Counted from the first letter of the stretch, positions 41,274 through 54,834 are shown. The stretch is 64,000 bases of DNA from Eledone cirrhosa (GCA_964016885.1 OZ024745.1:34472001-34536000); one strand, 5' to 3'. Translations and numbers: made by a program. The notes: generated by a model not told the origin, from the sequence alone.

Positions 41274-43625
41274 TATGTTCTTCTGGTTTTATAATTTCAC
41301 AAAGTTTTACCAATAGAGAGAGAGTCGGTTTCTAACATAGACACAAGACTCTCTCATTGGAATTTACACAACATCAACTAGGTAGATATGTATGTCTGCA
41401 TGCATGCATGTGTAGATATGGATGTTTTTGTATGTGTGGATGTGTATGTTTTGAGTTGTATGTGTGCATGTGTATATGCTTTGAATCTGTACATGTGTAT
41501 ATGCAGTTAATAGATGCAACATTTTTGAAATGTTTTACATATTTTTACTGTTCCATTAATGGATTGTACTTGTAATTTCCTAACTAGTTGTGTTCTTTCT
41601 GTTCCTGTGAAGCCTAGCTTCTCAAGATTTGTATTGAGGCAGTTACTAACATATCCCAGTGCCCCAATAATCACAGGCATAAATCTGAAGGTGTAATCAG
41701 GGTTGAGTATCTGCAGATTTCTCATCAGTTCTGCATAAATATTCTCCTTTTCACTAATCTTTGATATTATATTGGCATCTGCTGGGCAGCTAATTTCCAC
41801 GACTGTGCATGTTTTCTTCTCCCTGTCCCATATAATATCTGGTCTGTTATGCCTGCATTTTATTGGGATTTTTACTGGAATATTCCACCAGTACTCTTTC
41901 ATATTATGTACATGGATGTCTTCCACATTGTTGTAGCTTTTAATGTGTTTATTATCGGGGCTATCTTTTTTACGAAATGCATTGCACAGTGTTTTGACCA
42001 CTACATCATGCCTCATAGGTAGATAGTACCGCGATGACATCTTTGGGAAGCTGCTGATGACATGGGTGATATCCTCGATGTTAGTTTTGCAGAGTCTGCA
42101 CTTGTTATCACATCTAGGTGTTTTGCCTGCATCTCTATCTCTTTTGTGAATCAGGTATTTCGTGCTAATCTCCTGTGCTTGGATTGCAAAAGCGTATCCT
42201 TCAAAGTGGGAGCCAATATAGCGGTTGTTGGTCCAAGATAGACTACTTTTGTTATCTATATTACTCTCACTCTAGAGCTTCCTGGCAACATATCCATGCA
42301 TGATTTTTTGCTGATAGGCATGCAGTTTTTCATCAATGGATTCACTGCGATACTGCTGAGCGACATCCTTGGGTGTGAGTTTTTGATTATCACACAGGGA
42401 ATATCTCTCAAGGATATCTTCCCAACTCTCATGATCTTATCTGTTTCATGCAGATAGACTTGCTCGAGAAGCGGGCTCCTACGCTTCAAGGTTCGTAGAT
42501 GTTGAGTATTTCAAACGTTGGTGTTAGAACAGGCACAGCAATCACATTGTGGCCCACTGTTTTGTTTTGCGCAGAGAGTTCCGATGACCAGATCTTTCTT
42601 AATCGGGTGTAGTATTCCTTGGTTATGCGTTCTTTATTACAGATTCCATTATAGGATATGTTCTCATCTATCCCCAGGTATCTGTAGCAGTCCTCATCAG
42701 ATATCGGTGAAACAGTTAGACCATTGATGACAATGTTGCTAGATTGGGTTGTTGTTTTTCCCCGCTTTACAGTCATGTATGATCATTTATCGTGGCCAAA
42801 CTCCATTCCTATATCCTTTGAGAACGTTGTAACCAGGTCAAGATTTTTCTTCATCCCATCCATGCTCTTGGCATAGAGTTTCAGATCGTGCACAAAGAGT
42901 TATGGGTTAGGTTCGTATTTCTGTCCTCCTGTGAGCCAATGATGTATCCCTCACATTTCTTGAGCAGAAAGGACAAGGGGTTTAATGACAAGATGAACAA
43001 TATCACAGAGAGACTGTCCCCCTGAAATATACCCCTGCAATATTTTATTTTATCAGTGAAAATATAGTCCTCCCTCTCTGTCTTTAACCTTAGGATAGTA
43101 GCCCAAGAAGAAGACAGCCTCCCTATGGCTCTGACAATGATGTCTGGGACTTTAGCAAGTTGGAGGGCCTCTATCATCCAAGAGTGGGGAACAGAATCGA
43201 AAGCTTTCTTGTAGTCCAGCTAGACTGTAGTCATATTCCTCCTATGTTGTCGCACCTCCGACATCGCAGTTTTGTTGATTAGGAGTTGTTCAGCACATCC
43301 CCAAACCCTTTTCTTTCCAGCTGCTTGTTCATCTGTGATGATGTTATTATTTTCACAGTGATCTTGGAGGAATAGGTTGAGGCAGGCTGTATACATCTTA
43401 TACATCAGGTTCTGGCATGCAATGGGTCGGTAGTTTTTTGCCAAGTGGGTGTCTTTGTTCTTGGGGACCAGTAACGTTTGTGCTAATGTCAACCATTCTG
43501 GTATAAGTGTATCTCCCTTAAGAACTTGTTGGTAGAGGTCAGTAAGGTACCTCCGATAGAATATTAGTTGTTTGTACCAGCAGCCGACAATCATGTCTCT
43601 TCCTGGTGTTTTCTTATCTTGGAGT
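41274..43625 (-). mobile_element. R4/Dong-like non-LTR retrotransposon (RT + Zn knuckle + RLE), 5'-truncated, frameshifted
   Basis: KNYRPIACQNLMYK, DYKKAFDSVPHSW, RGIFQGDSLS, YRYLGIDE, CRLCKTNIEDITHVISS, RHD, NRPDII...VVEISCP. (TATG) context at both ends. Confidence 0.92.
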
Positions 43626-44049
43626 TTTCCTATGTATGATTGTATGTATGTATAAGAAATTCCGATGTCAAGGTGAGATTCTGCTACTTTCTGTGCGTGT
43701 GTTTCGCAATATACCCATCAATATGCAGATTATTTGTACTCTATACTTGATATACTTGTTAGTATACATTTTGCTGCTAATAGAAATAAAGGTAATTCTA
43801 AATATGTGCCATATTCGAGAGTTGAACTCTGGGTGCTGAGTATATAAGCCAGAAATCTATGCGGACACATTTTCCTCTCTCTTTCTCTTTTATTTTGCAT
43901 TCCTCCTTTTCCACACTACTATAATACACCAACCCCATTAGAAATTTTAACAGCCAAAGATAATTCTGTTGCATGCTTTATGTAGTATCGAAATCCGTTT
44001 TCCTCTGAGTTCACAAGACATTCACACGTTATCAGTCTTCTTCCACTTT

Positions 44050-45000
44050 TTAATTACGATGAAATATAACAAGCATTGTGAGGAGCTTTCTCCTCCACTT
44101 GCCCAGGAATTGTAATTCCTTCTTTTACTTAAGGACACCAAGTGTTAGCCGCTTGAAACTACTCAATTTATTTTAATCGTAGCACCGGCCTTATTCTTCG
44201 GTCATATTTTTGGGTAAAAGCCTTTTTCAATTGTATCTCCATAAACTCATATGTTTAAATTATGTCTAATTATGTCTGATTTGTACCCATTCTCTCATAT
44301 TTGACTTACGTTTCTCTTGGAGGGGCTTCCATACTTTCCATGTTATGCACCTCTCAACAGTTGTATTAATCTAAATTCTATTCTGAAGTCAGCACTGAAG
44401 CAATGAGCTGTATTCAGTAATGAACTGAATTTGGATTCAACTTTACCATACATCTTAGAACCACTCATAAACAATAAATTGTTGATAAATTGTCTTCTTT
44501 AAATTCACACCCATCTTCCACACTTTTTAGCAACAATGTGAAGGGGAGCATGCAAAATATAAATAACAAATAAGGCAAACCATCAACTTGAAAAATTCCT
44601 CTTTTTCAGCCTCAGTGCTCACAGGTTCTGTCCTAATGACGTGATATCAGTTTCCTAGCTTCTCATGCATTTACTCGGAAAATTATCAACTTTCCTTTCT
44701 ATTCAATCATGTCCAAGCACTCGATGATCCAGTGTATCATAACATATCTCATTATTCAATCACTCCACGTCTTCACTAAATTGGTATTTCGTCACCAAGA
44801 ATATTTCATCACTGTTTTGTAAATGAGCAGTTAATACTTAGTCCTGCATTTCTGTGTCTACAGCCGTTTTGCTCCACTGAAATTTCATTCACACACGAAA
44901 GTGTACATATATGTCATCAGTTATTATGCCTATGAGCAGTGTCCATATATGTATTGTTGTCTACATCATTTCTTTTTGAAGTATCTTTAAAGCAAAATCA
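44050..45000 (-). pseudogene. Highly degraded pogo/Tc2-like transposase remnant
   Basis: Minus-strand fragments resemble HTH-CENPB (WIIE...EARKL...EEFF) followed by the DDE_1 N-terminus (TIEKG...RLTLG...GGESS/MLVIF). Many frameshifts. Confidence 0.4.
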
Positions 45001-46617
45001 TTTTCCCACAGAATTTGTAGCCTATAAAATGACATGAGTATGATTTGATATCAAACAGCTGCAGAGTAAATATATTTTACTGTTTCTTTCTTTGTCTTCG
45101 CGATTGGTGTTGATCGTTTAACAGCACTTCCCAAAGAGGGCAAAATCTTTTTCCCGTTTCTCTCTCTTCTCAAGTTTTTCTATATGTATATCTATTCTTA
45201 TTTTCTCATTTTATCTTCTGATAAAGGATTAACGTCAGAAACGTTAAACTTCTTTTTCATACAATATATAGCGTCAAACTAATGTGTACCATTTTGCTTC
45301 GTGCATTTCTGATCTATTATTTATCCTTGGTTTTATACGGCTGATGATAATGGCCTCTTTAATCCTTAAATTGCCTATATACATTTGTGTTGCCTCTATG
45401 GTGACCTCAATGTCTTGGCTACGTACGTGTGTCTGTGAGAGAGTGTGCGTGTTTGTAGATAATTGTGTTAAAAGATAAATGCCTACCTGAAAGAAATTGA
45501 TAAATACATAAAAATATTTTTATTTATTTCAATCAAAGGGAATATAAATAATTCATATTCTCTTGGTATACTTATACAAACGTTAAATGAAATAAAACCA
45601 AAACAAACAGGAAATAATATGAAACGATCAAGGAAAAGCCCTGACCTAGGTAGGCTACATGCGTATAGCAATAGAACAAAAACATATCCCTCTAGATTTC
45701 TGTGACAGGAGCTATACATATATTTCATCATTTGTTTCCCTGTGTATTATTTGATGTTGCTAAAATATCTTTTTCATCGCCTTCCCACTCCACGTATGAT
45801 TATATTCGCTATACGACATGCAGCATGGCAAAACTGGTTTCAATCCCACTGCTAGATATCATGAGAATGTGTCATTTACCATAACCTCAGTTTGACACAT
45901 GGCGTAAGACTGAAGCCGTTTGGACACCCATAGGACTGTGGTTGTAATTACACGGGTCAGGCTATGTCACAAAATATCACACTGAATCGCCTGAGAAAAG
46001 TCTTAACGTTACACATATCTGTGGAATACTCAGCTATTTACACGTTTCATGACAGCTAGAATACTTAACGATGGAACCGACGGAGTTCCATTCCATTTCC
46101 TTCCATATTCACTAGTGTTAATGTGTCAGGTTACTTCTTTTACCAATTCATATTTTACCGACTGCCAACGAGACCTCCGGTGTCCTCGATCCCGAATTGT
46201 CATTGTCCTCCTGGAGTGGTTATCGCTGGCTGTTTCCCGCACCCAATCTTTCGCCATCTTCTTAACGGGGTGAAGCTGGGATATATCGTCTAGCCAAGTG
46301 TGTAGATTTTGTCCCTTCCTTATTTCCTTTATTCTTTATTTATCTATTCCTTTCTTTCTCCACTTTTTATATTTTTTCTCTCTTCCTGTATGAAGTATTT
46401 ATCCTTTCTTGACTATATTGTAAACGAATAATACTTTCGAACCACTTGGTGGTTCAAAATCCTCTATATGGAATGAGAGTCATTCAAGGTCCTTAAATAT
46501 TTAATATCTGTGTCATCCACAAAATATTTGTGTCACCCACAAAATATAATTGTAATTGATATTTCTCTTCAAAACGCTTTTTTGAAAAACTCATTTTCTC
46601 ATATTATTTATAATGAA

Positions 46618-46808
46618 AGGGCGGTGAAATGGCAGTATCGGTAGAGGGTTGGACGCCATGCTTTCTGGCATAGTTACGTCCCTTTACAGTCTGAGTTCAA
46701 ATCTCGCCGTGGTTAACTTTGCCTCTCATCCTTACGGGATCGATAAAATAAAGTACCAGTAATGTACTGGATAATTGCTGGCCTTGTGCCTAAAGTAGAA
46801 ACAATTAT
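46618..46808 (+). mobile_element. tRNA-derived SINE (main family)
   Basis: Family consensus. Confidence 0.9.
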
Positions 46809-46979
46809 TTATAATGTTAGACAAGTATGAGAAGATATTTAGTAATATAACTAACGTCCTCTTTATTACGCTTATGTTTGAGGCGTAATTTTACAATGTT
46901 CTTAAAATACATACATACATGCATACATACATATGAGTGAGAGAGGGGGAGAGAGGGAGATAAGAAGGAAAGAGAGAGT

Positions 46980-47033
<54 letters not shown>

Positions 47034-48473
47034 AATATAGTTAGAAATATTATATTATAACACTATGAAATCTCCCATGCCACAGCCGCAATTGTAAATC
47101 CTCTGAATACATATTTATGGATTTAATTTTTACATATAATTCATAGAATTCAATTCATGTTTTGTAAATCTTATCACGCAAAAAATCTATTGATAGCTGT
47201 TTTCTTCTCTATAATAGTTTACCATTTTAACACATTTAATTACATCCACATAACATTTCAAGAACTTGGTCAATTTCCCCACCCGTCTCTTCCTATTGAA
47301 TCAAAACAAAACAGAAAAAAATTCTACATATTCTAATAGTGCATTTTTCTATATTTGCCGATTATTGATTCATAAAAATGTAATATTGAAATTAAATAGC
47401 CAGATACTAATACAACAAACAAACAAACGAAATTTCTACTTATTTTATTTCACAATACTTTAAATAAAAGTCCCTTGCTTACTGATGATTTGTTGGTGAT
47501 ATAATTCTATATTTAAAATAAAATTTTAATATAAGTTTTAATATACTTTTATTCATATATATTATATTATTTTTGTAATTATTTTCTTCATCTGAATTGC
47601 ATTTCAAGCAATTTCCTTTCATTTAATTTTAATATATATATATTTTTTTTATTCTAATTTCAGGTAAGAAAATCAATTATTCTAAAATACATGAATAAAA
47701 TAAAATAGAATAGAAAATGAAAAGATGTTAATACAGAAAGACGTGAGTGCATATTGAAATATTTTCTTTATAAAGATATATTCTAAACATTCTTTGTCTT
47801 AGCAGATCAAATCTACTAATAGATATCTAAGAGTACGTGACTGAATATCATGATATAAATATACATGAACATGTTAATAACTGTGATCAGATGTGTCTTG
47901 GAGTCTTGTTTCCAATTTGAATGTTTACATTACCACATGATATCATATTATACAATTATACATGCATATGCACACATAAACATACACATACATACATGCA
48001 CACACAGACATACACCCGCTTATGTATGTGTGTGTGTCTATATCTCTTTCTCTATCTTGCACTCTCTCTCTCTTGCACTCTCTCTCTCTTGCTCTCTCTC
48101 TATCTATCTCTATCTCTTTCTCTCTCTCTCTGTATGAAGACGCATGGCTTAGTAGTTAGAGTGATGTGACGAGATCGTAAGGTCAGGGTTCTTTGCTCGC
48201 ATCAAGTGGTGTATTGCCTCCTGTAACAGGACACCCTATTCATCAATGTCCCAGTTCAGTCAACTGTAAAACGAAATGTGTTGCAATTTGAATTACAAAT
48301 ATTATTAAACCTACTAAAGTACACTGGAATGTGCACTGGACTGTTTGTGAATAAGGTTTGTTGACATGAATATATATATATATATAGGAAAATGTTTGAC
48401 CACGACGGCAGAGCTCAAGCCGTTTCGACATATATATATATATGTTTGTGTGTGTGTGCGTGTGCGTGTGTGT

Positions 48474-48550
<77 letters not shown>

Positions 48551-48552
48551 AA

Positions 48553-48745
48553 TTATCGAGAATCGGAATCTCGGCCCACGAAATAACGAAACACAATCTT
48601 CGAAATGTGTGGCAAAGTGCTCAATAGTTTGGATAAACCAGAGCTATAACTAACGTTTAAATACCAACTCACTGAGACGATGCTTAAACAATCATTCGCA
48701 CAGCCGAAAAAACGACCCAGAAAATTCGGGTCAGACAAATAAAAA
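48553..48745 (+). mobile_element. Second copy of the 10873-11092 (TA)n-flanked repeat
   Basis: Collinear similarity; hairpin GACCC-AGAAAATTC-GGGTC after a GAAA run. Confidence 0.65.
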
Positions 48746-48833
48746 TATATATACATATATGTGTGTCTAAATATAAATGCATATATGTTTGTACGTATAT
48801 ATATAAATGCTTATGTATATATATATATATATT

Positions 48834-49022
48834 ATTTCTACTTTCGGCACAAGGCCAGCAATTACCCAGTGCATTACTGGTAGTTTATTTTATCGACCCC
48901 ATAAGGATGAAAGGCAATTTAACCTCGGTAGGATTTGAACTCAGGATGGCAAGGGCCGTAACTCTATCCGTTACGGCCCTTGCCATTCTGAGTTCAAATC
49001 CCGCCGAGGTTAACTTTGCCTT
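48834..49022 (-). mobile_element. 5'-truncated SINE with fold-back inverted duplication
   Basis: The minus-strand SINE 3' part turns at GTAAC-TCTATCC-GTTAC into a plus-strand copy of the same ~52 nt. Confidence 0.88.
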
Positions 49023-49130
49023 ATGTATATATATATATATATACACACACACATACACACTTATATATGTATATATATATGCATGCATGTGTCTGTGTGT
49101 GTGTGTATATAAACCTATATATATATAACA

Positions 49131-49706
49131 TGTATCCCAGTGCAATCTGTCTCATGGTCGGGTCGTTGGCGACTAAACTGGCAACCCACCAAGGTTTCTT
49201 GGTGAGGAGGGTGACGTTGGACATCCTACAGGACTAAAATCAAAACCTTTGAAAGGGCAAAGGAGCTCTTCAGAGTCAATGGCCATCCAAATCACCGGGA
49301 GAGATGACCCCTTAGCCTTTGTCAAGGCAGAATTCTAGGAGAAGGAAAACTCTGATATAACACCTGCAACCCTGATGGTATCCAATGATGTTGACTTGTT
49401 CTTCTTGTTGGTAAATATCATCTTGGTTAAGAGAGTGGGACTGGCTTTGTGCAGTGCCTTTGCTCACTATAAAAGCTTCACGGCACAGGCATTGCTTTGT
49501 ATCTGGAGATCTCTTTGCACTTGTCGTCACACGGTACCATCGGCCCAGCACCATATGTCAATAATTGTCACAAGTATAGTGTTTGTACCAGAGTTTTCAA
49601 GTCGCTGGCTGGACTAAAAAGTCACACTCGTTCAGCGCATCGGTAGGGGTTCTCCTACATTGATATAAAATAGTGGCCGTACTCGAAAACGAGTTGGCAG
49701 CCACCA
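49131..49706 (+). mobile_element. Second copy of the ~575-bp non-autonomous repeat
   Basis: See 39764-40340. Confidence 0.75.
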
Positions 49707-49726
49707 TATATATATATATATATATA

Positions 49727-49890
49727 AAGAAGGAGGTGTGGTAAGGAACCAGATTACTCAATACTTAGGGTAGTAGAATGGGTAACAGGAAAATGTTTAA
49801 CCCCAACGGCAGAGTTCAAGCCGTTTCGAAGGCTATTTCTGGAATAGCCGTCGAAAGGGCTTGAGCTCTGCTGCCGGGATTAAACATTTA
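49727..49890. mobile_element. PLE pLTR-like remnant with fold-back centred on HHR stem II (family of 11428-11570)
   Basis: AATGTTTAACCCC...CGTTTCGAAGGCTATT-TCTGG-AATAGCCGTCGAAAGGGC...TTAAACATT. Confidence 0.7.
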
Positions 49891-50131
49891 TATATATATA
49901 TATATATATAGTAATAATAGTAATAATAATAAAATTGAAGACTAAAATCCAAAGAGGGCTCGATAAGGAAAATATATATCAAATATATAAGAACCGTAGA
50001 GCAAATATTTATTAAAATAACAGATTAGAGTTTAAGCAAAGAATCGCTGCTTTCACCCTTAACGGGATCTTCTGAAACTAACAAAGTCAATCTGTAAACG
50101 CAGAACTGGATATTTCAAAAAACGTTTCAAG

Positions 50132-51406
50132 GTGGTTAAGAATTTTGAAGTTGATGTCATCCTTAATGCCCGAAAGTCGGTGATTAATTTCGATGACTCT
50201 ATTTGGATTAAAAAATCCAATAGTACCCCATTCGACGTGAGTATGGGCGCCAGTGACTCTGCGGAGGTTACTGATCTTATTGGCCTTTTCCTTCTTTTCT
50301 CTATCAAGGACGAATTCCCCAACGCGGGCGGTGGTTTGTACCGTGACGATGGTCTTTTGACCATGACTAAGTGCGGACCTCGTGCTTGCGACAGGTTCAG
50401 AAAAGAACTCACAGCCTTCTTTAAAGGCTTCAACCTCTCTATACAGGTTGAGGCCAATCTCTCGGTCGTTAATTACCTCGACGTTACCCTCAATTTATTG
50501 AATGGGTTGTATTACCCGTATAGAAAGCCGAATGATACGCTTAATTACATAAGTAAGCATTCCAACCATCCTGCCAGCATAACCAAGAACCTGGTAAGAA
50601 ACGTTTCGTTGAGGCTTTCCCGTCTTTCCACCAACGAGCGCATTTTCAACGACCATTCCACTTATTACAATGAAGCTCTTGCTCGAAGTGTATTTGTCGA
50701 TAAGGTAGCATATACAGAGTACGAAAATAGACCTAGAAGAAATAGATCCCGTCGCATTTGTTGGATTAACCCACCATATAATATGGAGGTGGCCACACCA
50801 TTAGCTAAGATCTTTCTTTCCCTTATTACGAAGCATTTTCCCCCTACACATAAATATAGTAAAATTTTTAATAGAAATACTATTAAAATGTCTTACTCTA
50901 CGACTCCTAACCTTGCACATAACATCAGAGCTTCAAATTTAGCTAAACTACCTAGCCGTAGGAACACGTGCAACCCTGTAGTTAGTACTAACTGTAATTG
51001 TAGGAATCGGGCTGATTGCCCCCTATCCGGGAAATGCCTCTCTAGTAACATTGTCTACAAATGTAAGGTTGTAACACCTACGTCCCGTAGGGCCTACATA
51101 GGGTTAACCGCCAATGGTTTCAAGCAGCGTCTTTACATGTATACGCATTCTTTTCGTTACTCTCTAAGAAGGAATATGACGTCACTTTCAGCTTATATCT
51201 GGAGTCTAAAAGACAACCACACCCAATATAAGTTACACTGGGAGATCCTAGCTAGGGCTAGATCGTATAACGGAAATAAAAGACCATGTGACCTCTGCGC
51301 CGCTGAGGCCCTGGAAATAATCTACGCCACAGACCACATCTTAAACAAAAAATCTGAGGCAATTTCGGCTTGTAAACATAAATTGCACAAAACTTTCCTG
51401 TATTAG
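50132..51406 (+). CDS. PLE reverse transcriptase (C-terminal half) + Cys-rich linker + GIY-YIG endonuclease, N-terminally truncated
   Basis: 424-aa open frame: MGASDSAEVTDLIG, GLYRDDGL, VNYLDVTLNL, YRKPND...SNHP, CNCRNRADCPLSGKC, IVY...YIGLT...FKQR, CDLC...CKH. Confidence 0.93.
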   Translation: MVKNFEVDVILNARKSVINFDDSIWIKKSNSTPFDVSMGASDSAEVTDLIGLFLLFSIKDEFPNAGGGLYRDDGLLTMTKCGPRACDRFRKELTAFFKGFNLSIQVEANLSVVNYLDVTLNLLNGLYYPYRKPNDTLNYISKHSNHPASITKNLVRNVSLRLSRLSTNERIFNDHSTYYNEALARSVFVDKVAYTEYENRPRRNRSRRICWINPPYNMEVATPLAKIFLSLITKHFPPTHKYSKIFNRNTIKMSYSTTPNLAHNIRASNLAKLPSRRNTCNPVVSTNCNCRNRADCPLSGKCLSSNIVYKCKVVTPTSRRAYIGLTANGFKQRLYMYTHSFRYSLRRNMTSLSAYIWSLKDNHTQYKLHWEILARARSYNGNKRPCDLCAAEALEIIYATDHILNKKSEAISACKHKLHKTFLY

Positions 51407-52363
51407 AGCCCCACGTTATACCCTAACGGATAGCACGATCTATACGTGGATATTTTACGTCTTGATGTGGGAGCTAAGTATATGTTTTGTTTATTCCTTT
51501 ACTTATTTGCATAGGTAAGTATATATTACCCGTATGTTTTGTGAAGGTATGTATACCTTCTCGTACGTATATTTGACTGTTATGGCGTATAATTTTTACA
51601 TATTCTGGTATTTAGAGTTTGGCTATGTGTATACGGGAGTTTTGCGTCTGCGTGAGTATGCAGGTTCGTACGAAATGGTGGGTGTGTGTATATGTGTACT
51701 CCTTGTTTTAGTTGACTTACGTCTCCGAACATTCGTGTATTTATATGTAGGTATGCGTGTGCGCTTGTTATATACGTATTTATTTACTTATATACGTTTA
51801 TATAATTATTTATTTATTTGTACACAAGCATACACACACACACACATATTTATATGTGCGTGGTTTTGTATACCTATGGTAAGGTTTTGCGTATGCTTGT
51901 GTATGTACGTATCTGTTTGCGTGTATGTATTTATTTGTTTTTATTACTTCTGTATTGTATTTATTTACTTTGTTCTTAACTCTTAGCGGAGATTCATTTG
52001 GTCTCCTAGTTAGAATTTTAGTCTACGACTTCTGCTATACCATTTACGTGGTTTTGTCTTTGCGTGCTATTGTTCTCCACGATCCACATATGACTTATTA
52101 TCTTCGTTTTTTCGTTCATTGCCAGAGAACGTCTCTATGCACCACCTAAGAGAACATTAGTCTACGACCTCTTTTATACCATAAACGTGGTTCTGTCTTT
52201 GAGCGCAATTGTTTTTCACCGCTCCTATTAATGACGTATTATTCGTTTTTCCCGTTCTTTGCCAGCGAACGTTACCACGAACCAAAGTATCGTCCTCCTG
52301 TCTTCCTCCGGTTACAACGTTTTTTGAAATATCCAATTCTGCGTTTACAGATTGACTTTGTTA

Positions 52364-52412
52364 GTTTTAGAAGATCCCGTTAAGGGTGAAAGCAGCGATT
52401 CTTTGCTTAAAC
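52364..52412 (+). ncRNA. Core-mutated hammerhead in PLE 3' pLTR
   Basis: AGTTT-TAGAAGA-TCCC-GTTA-AGGGT-GAAA-GCA...TGC-TT-AAACT. Core reads TAGAAGA here, CAGAAGA in the inverted 5' copy and canonical CTGAAGA at 29566-29572. Confidence 0.7.
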
Positions 52413-52429
52413 TTTAATCTGTTATTTTA

Positions 52430-52564
<135 letters not shown>

Positions 52565-52997
52565 TGATTGTATAATATGGGAGGGAGAGAATGACAATGC
52601 TCTTTCATCATCGACTGCTGAAGGTATTGATACATAATCATGCTTATGTTACAAAGTCTTGTGCATTTCAATGTCAATCGCTTTTATGCATTCCTTATTA
52701 ATCTTAATCCTGTTAAGAGTCACCTATGTATATCACAAGCTACAACATTTCATTAGCGACAGGACATGGTATTATATCTACTAGTATATGACCCATTGTT
52801 TTAGGTGTGGAATAGATAGTATTTGGTTCCTTTCTCAAATTTCAACAAAACTATCCTTACGGATTTTAAATAAATAAATAAATATATATATATATATCCG
52901 AAATAAATTTAATTAAATTAAGGGAGTCATGTCCGAGACATGCGCCATATCTACCGTAGAATAAGCTCAAAGATTCCAATGAATAGATCTGGCATTT

Positions 52998-53337
52998 TAT
53001 ATCAACTAGAAATTGATTGACATATATATATATATTTAAAATAAACACATGAAACAATCACAGGGGATAATTTGAAAGTGTGTAATCACACATAGCTAGG
53101 TAGGTAACTAATTAAAGTTTAACTAGAGCTTCAAATAATACCTTTTAAAAAATGATTAATACTCCTTTAAAAAATGATTAATCATTTTTTAAAAGGTAAT
53201 ATTTGAAGCTCTAGTTAAACTTTAATTAGTTACCTACCTAGCTATGTGTGATTACACACTTTATAAATTATCCCCTGTGTTTGTTTCATGTGTTTATTTT
53301 AAATATATATATATATATATGTCAATCAATTTCCAGT

Positions 53338-53344
<7 letters not shown>
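52998..53344. repeat. Fold-back palindrome (~165-bp arms) ending in (TA)n
   Basis: 52998-53160 is the reverse complement of ~53178-53344. Apex has duplicated CCTTTAAAAAATGATTAAT. Confidence 0.9.
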
Positions 53345-53377
<33 letters not shown>

Positions 53378-53454
53378 AATATAAATATATGTGTGTGTGT
53401 GCATGCTTTAACCTTTCTTTCTTTCTCTTTCTCTCTCTCTCCGTATATATATAT

Positions 53455-53497
<43 letters not shown>

Positions 53498-53505
53498 GAG
53501 AGCGC

Positions 53506-53580
<75 letters not shown>

Positions 53581-53674
53581 GTTTAGAGTACGCTGATATC
53601 TGGTGTGGATGAAAAAGATTTAGAACGTTTTGAACAGAAGAAAAGATTGTTCACATATGATATAGATTAACATT

Positions 53675-53855
53675 GATTGGCAGTATCAGTAGAGGGTCGG
53701 ACGCCATGCTTTCCAGCATAGTTACGTGCCTTTACAATCTGAGTTCAAATCCCGCCGAGGTTGACTTTGCCTTTCATCCTTACGGGATCGATAAAATAAA
53801 GTACCAGTAATGCACTGGGTATTTGCTGGCCTTGTGCCTAAAGTAGAAACAATTA
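53675..53855 (+). mobile_element. tRNA-derived SINE (main family)
   Basis: Family consensus. Confidence 0.9.
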
Positions 53856-54834
53856 ATTTATTATATATCTAACCGCTGAATGGATGCAATAACAACGCTA
53901 AAATATACTTGTTACTATTAAAAGTCTTATCACAAAAATCCCCATTACCATCATCACGATCACTAACAAAAATCGCAACATGGTAGTCTTTATGTGGTCA
54001 TTATCTCTACTACAAATAGAATTCAAATCCCCCTCGGATCTCATCCTACTTCTATCCTTGAGAATATGTCATAGTAGAATTATGTAGACAGTCTTACATA
54101 ACGCAAAATGAACGGGATAGTCACGGCTAAAGTGACTTCAATCAAGTGTCTGTCCAGGTAGAAGTGTCCCCTGATTAAATAACAATTAATAGTTAAACTC
54201 GCTCACCCAGCATACGAGAGATGCATGGTTCGTTACTCCGCAGACAACTCTGTCCACTTCATTCCGTCTCCATGGTCACTTTCCCGATGTATCAATTATT
54301 ATTACTATAGTTACCTTCATGGTGGCGACTATATTCCTAATAACAGCTATTTATTATACAACTTAAGAAATAGTTCTATGAAATTATATTGCAAGATTAT
54401 AATTAAAATGCAAACCTTTTTAAAATGCGTTGTTTTCTTTCGAAACATTTAGTGGCAATTTTACTGGGGTTAGTATAAAAAGGGTCATTAGAAAAAGAGA
54501 AAAATACGTTAGTTAGTGTAGTTTTAAGTACCACGAAATTGGTAACGATAATCACGCCTAGAATGTGCGATCCCGGTTGATATTCTGTTAAACTAAAACT
54601 ACAACAGTAGTGACATTGGGATTTATAACAATACAATGAACTATCAAAAGAAGTTCATTCTAACATGGTTAGGAAAGCATTTATTTGAAAAAAAAAAAGG
54701 TTTGTTTGCATTTAAAAGACAATTATTCAGAGACTGCTGATAGCAAGCAAATAAAGCTTCTTTGTGAAAATAACACGAACAGCCCTTACAGTCAGAGAAG
54801 TTATGTGTACGGAATGTGCTTTCTAAAAGAAAAT

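Noticed and set aside
49135-49190. HDV-like ribozyme at 5' end of the 575-bp element
   Set aside because: P2, P3 and P4-like pairings can be drawn, but there is no room for a P1 3' strand.
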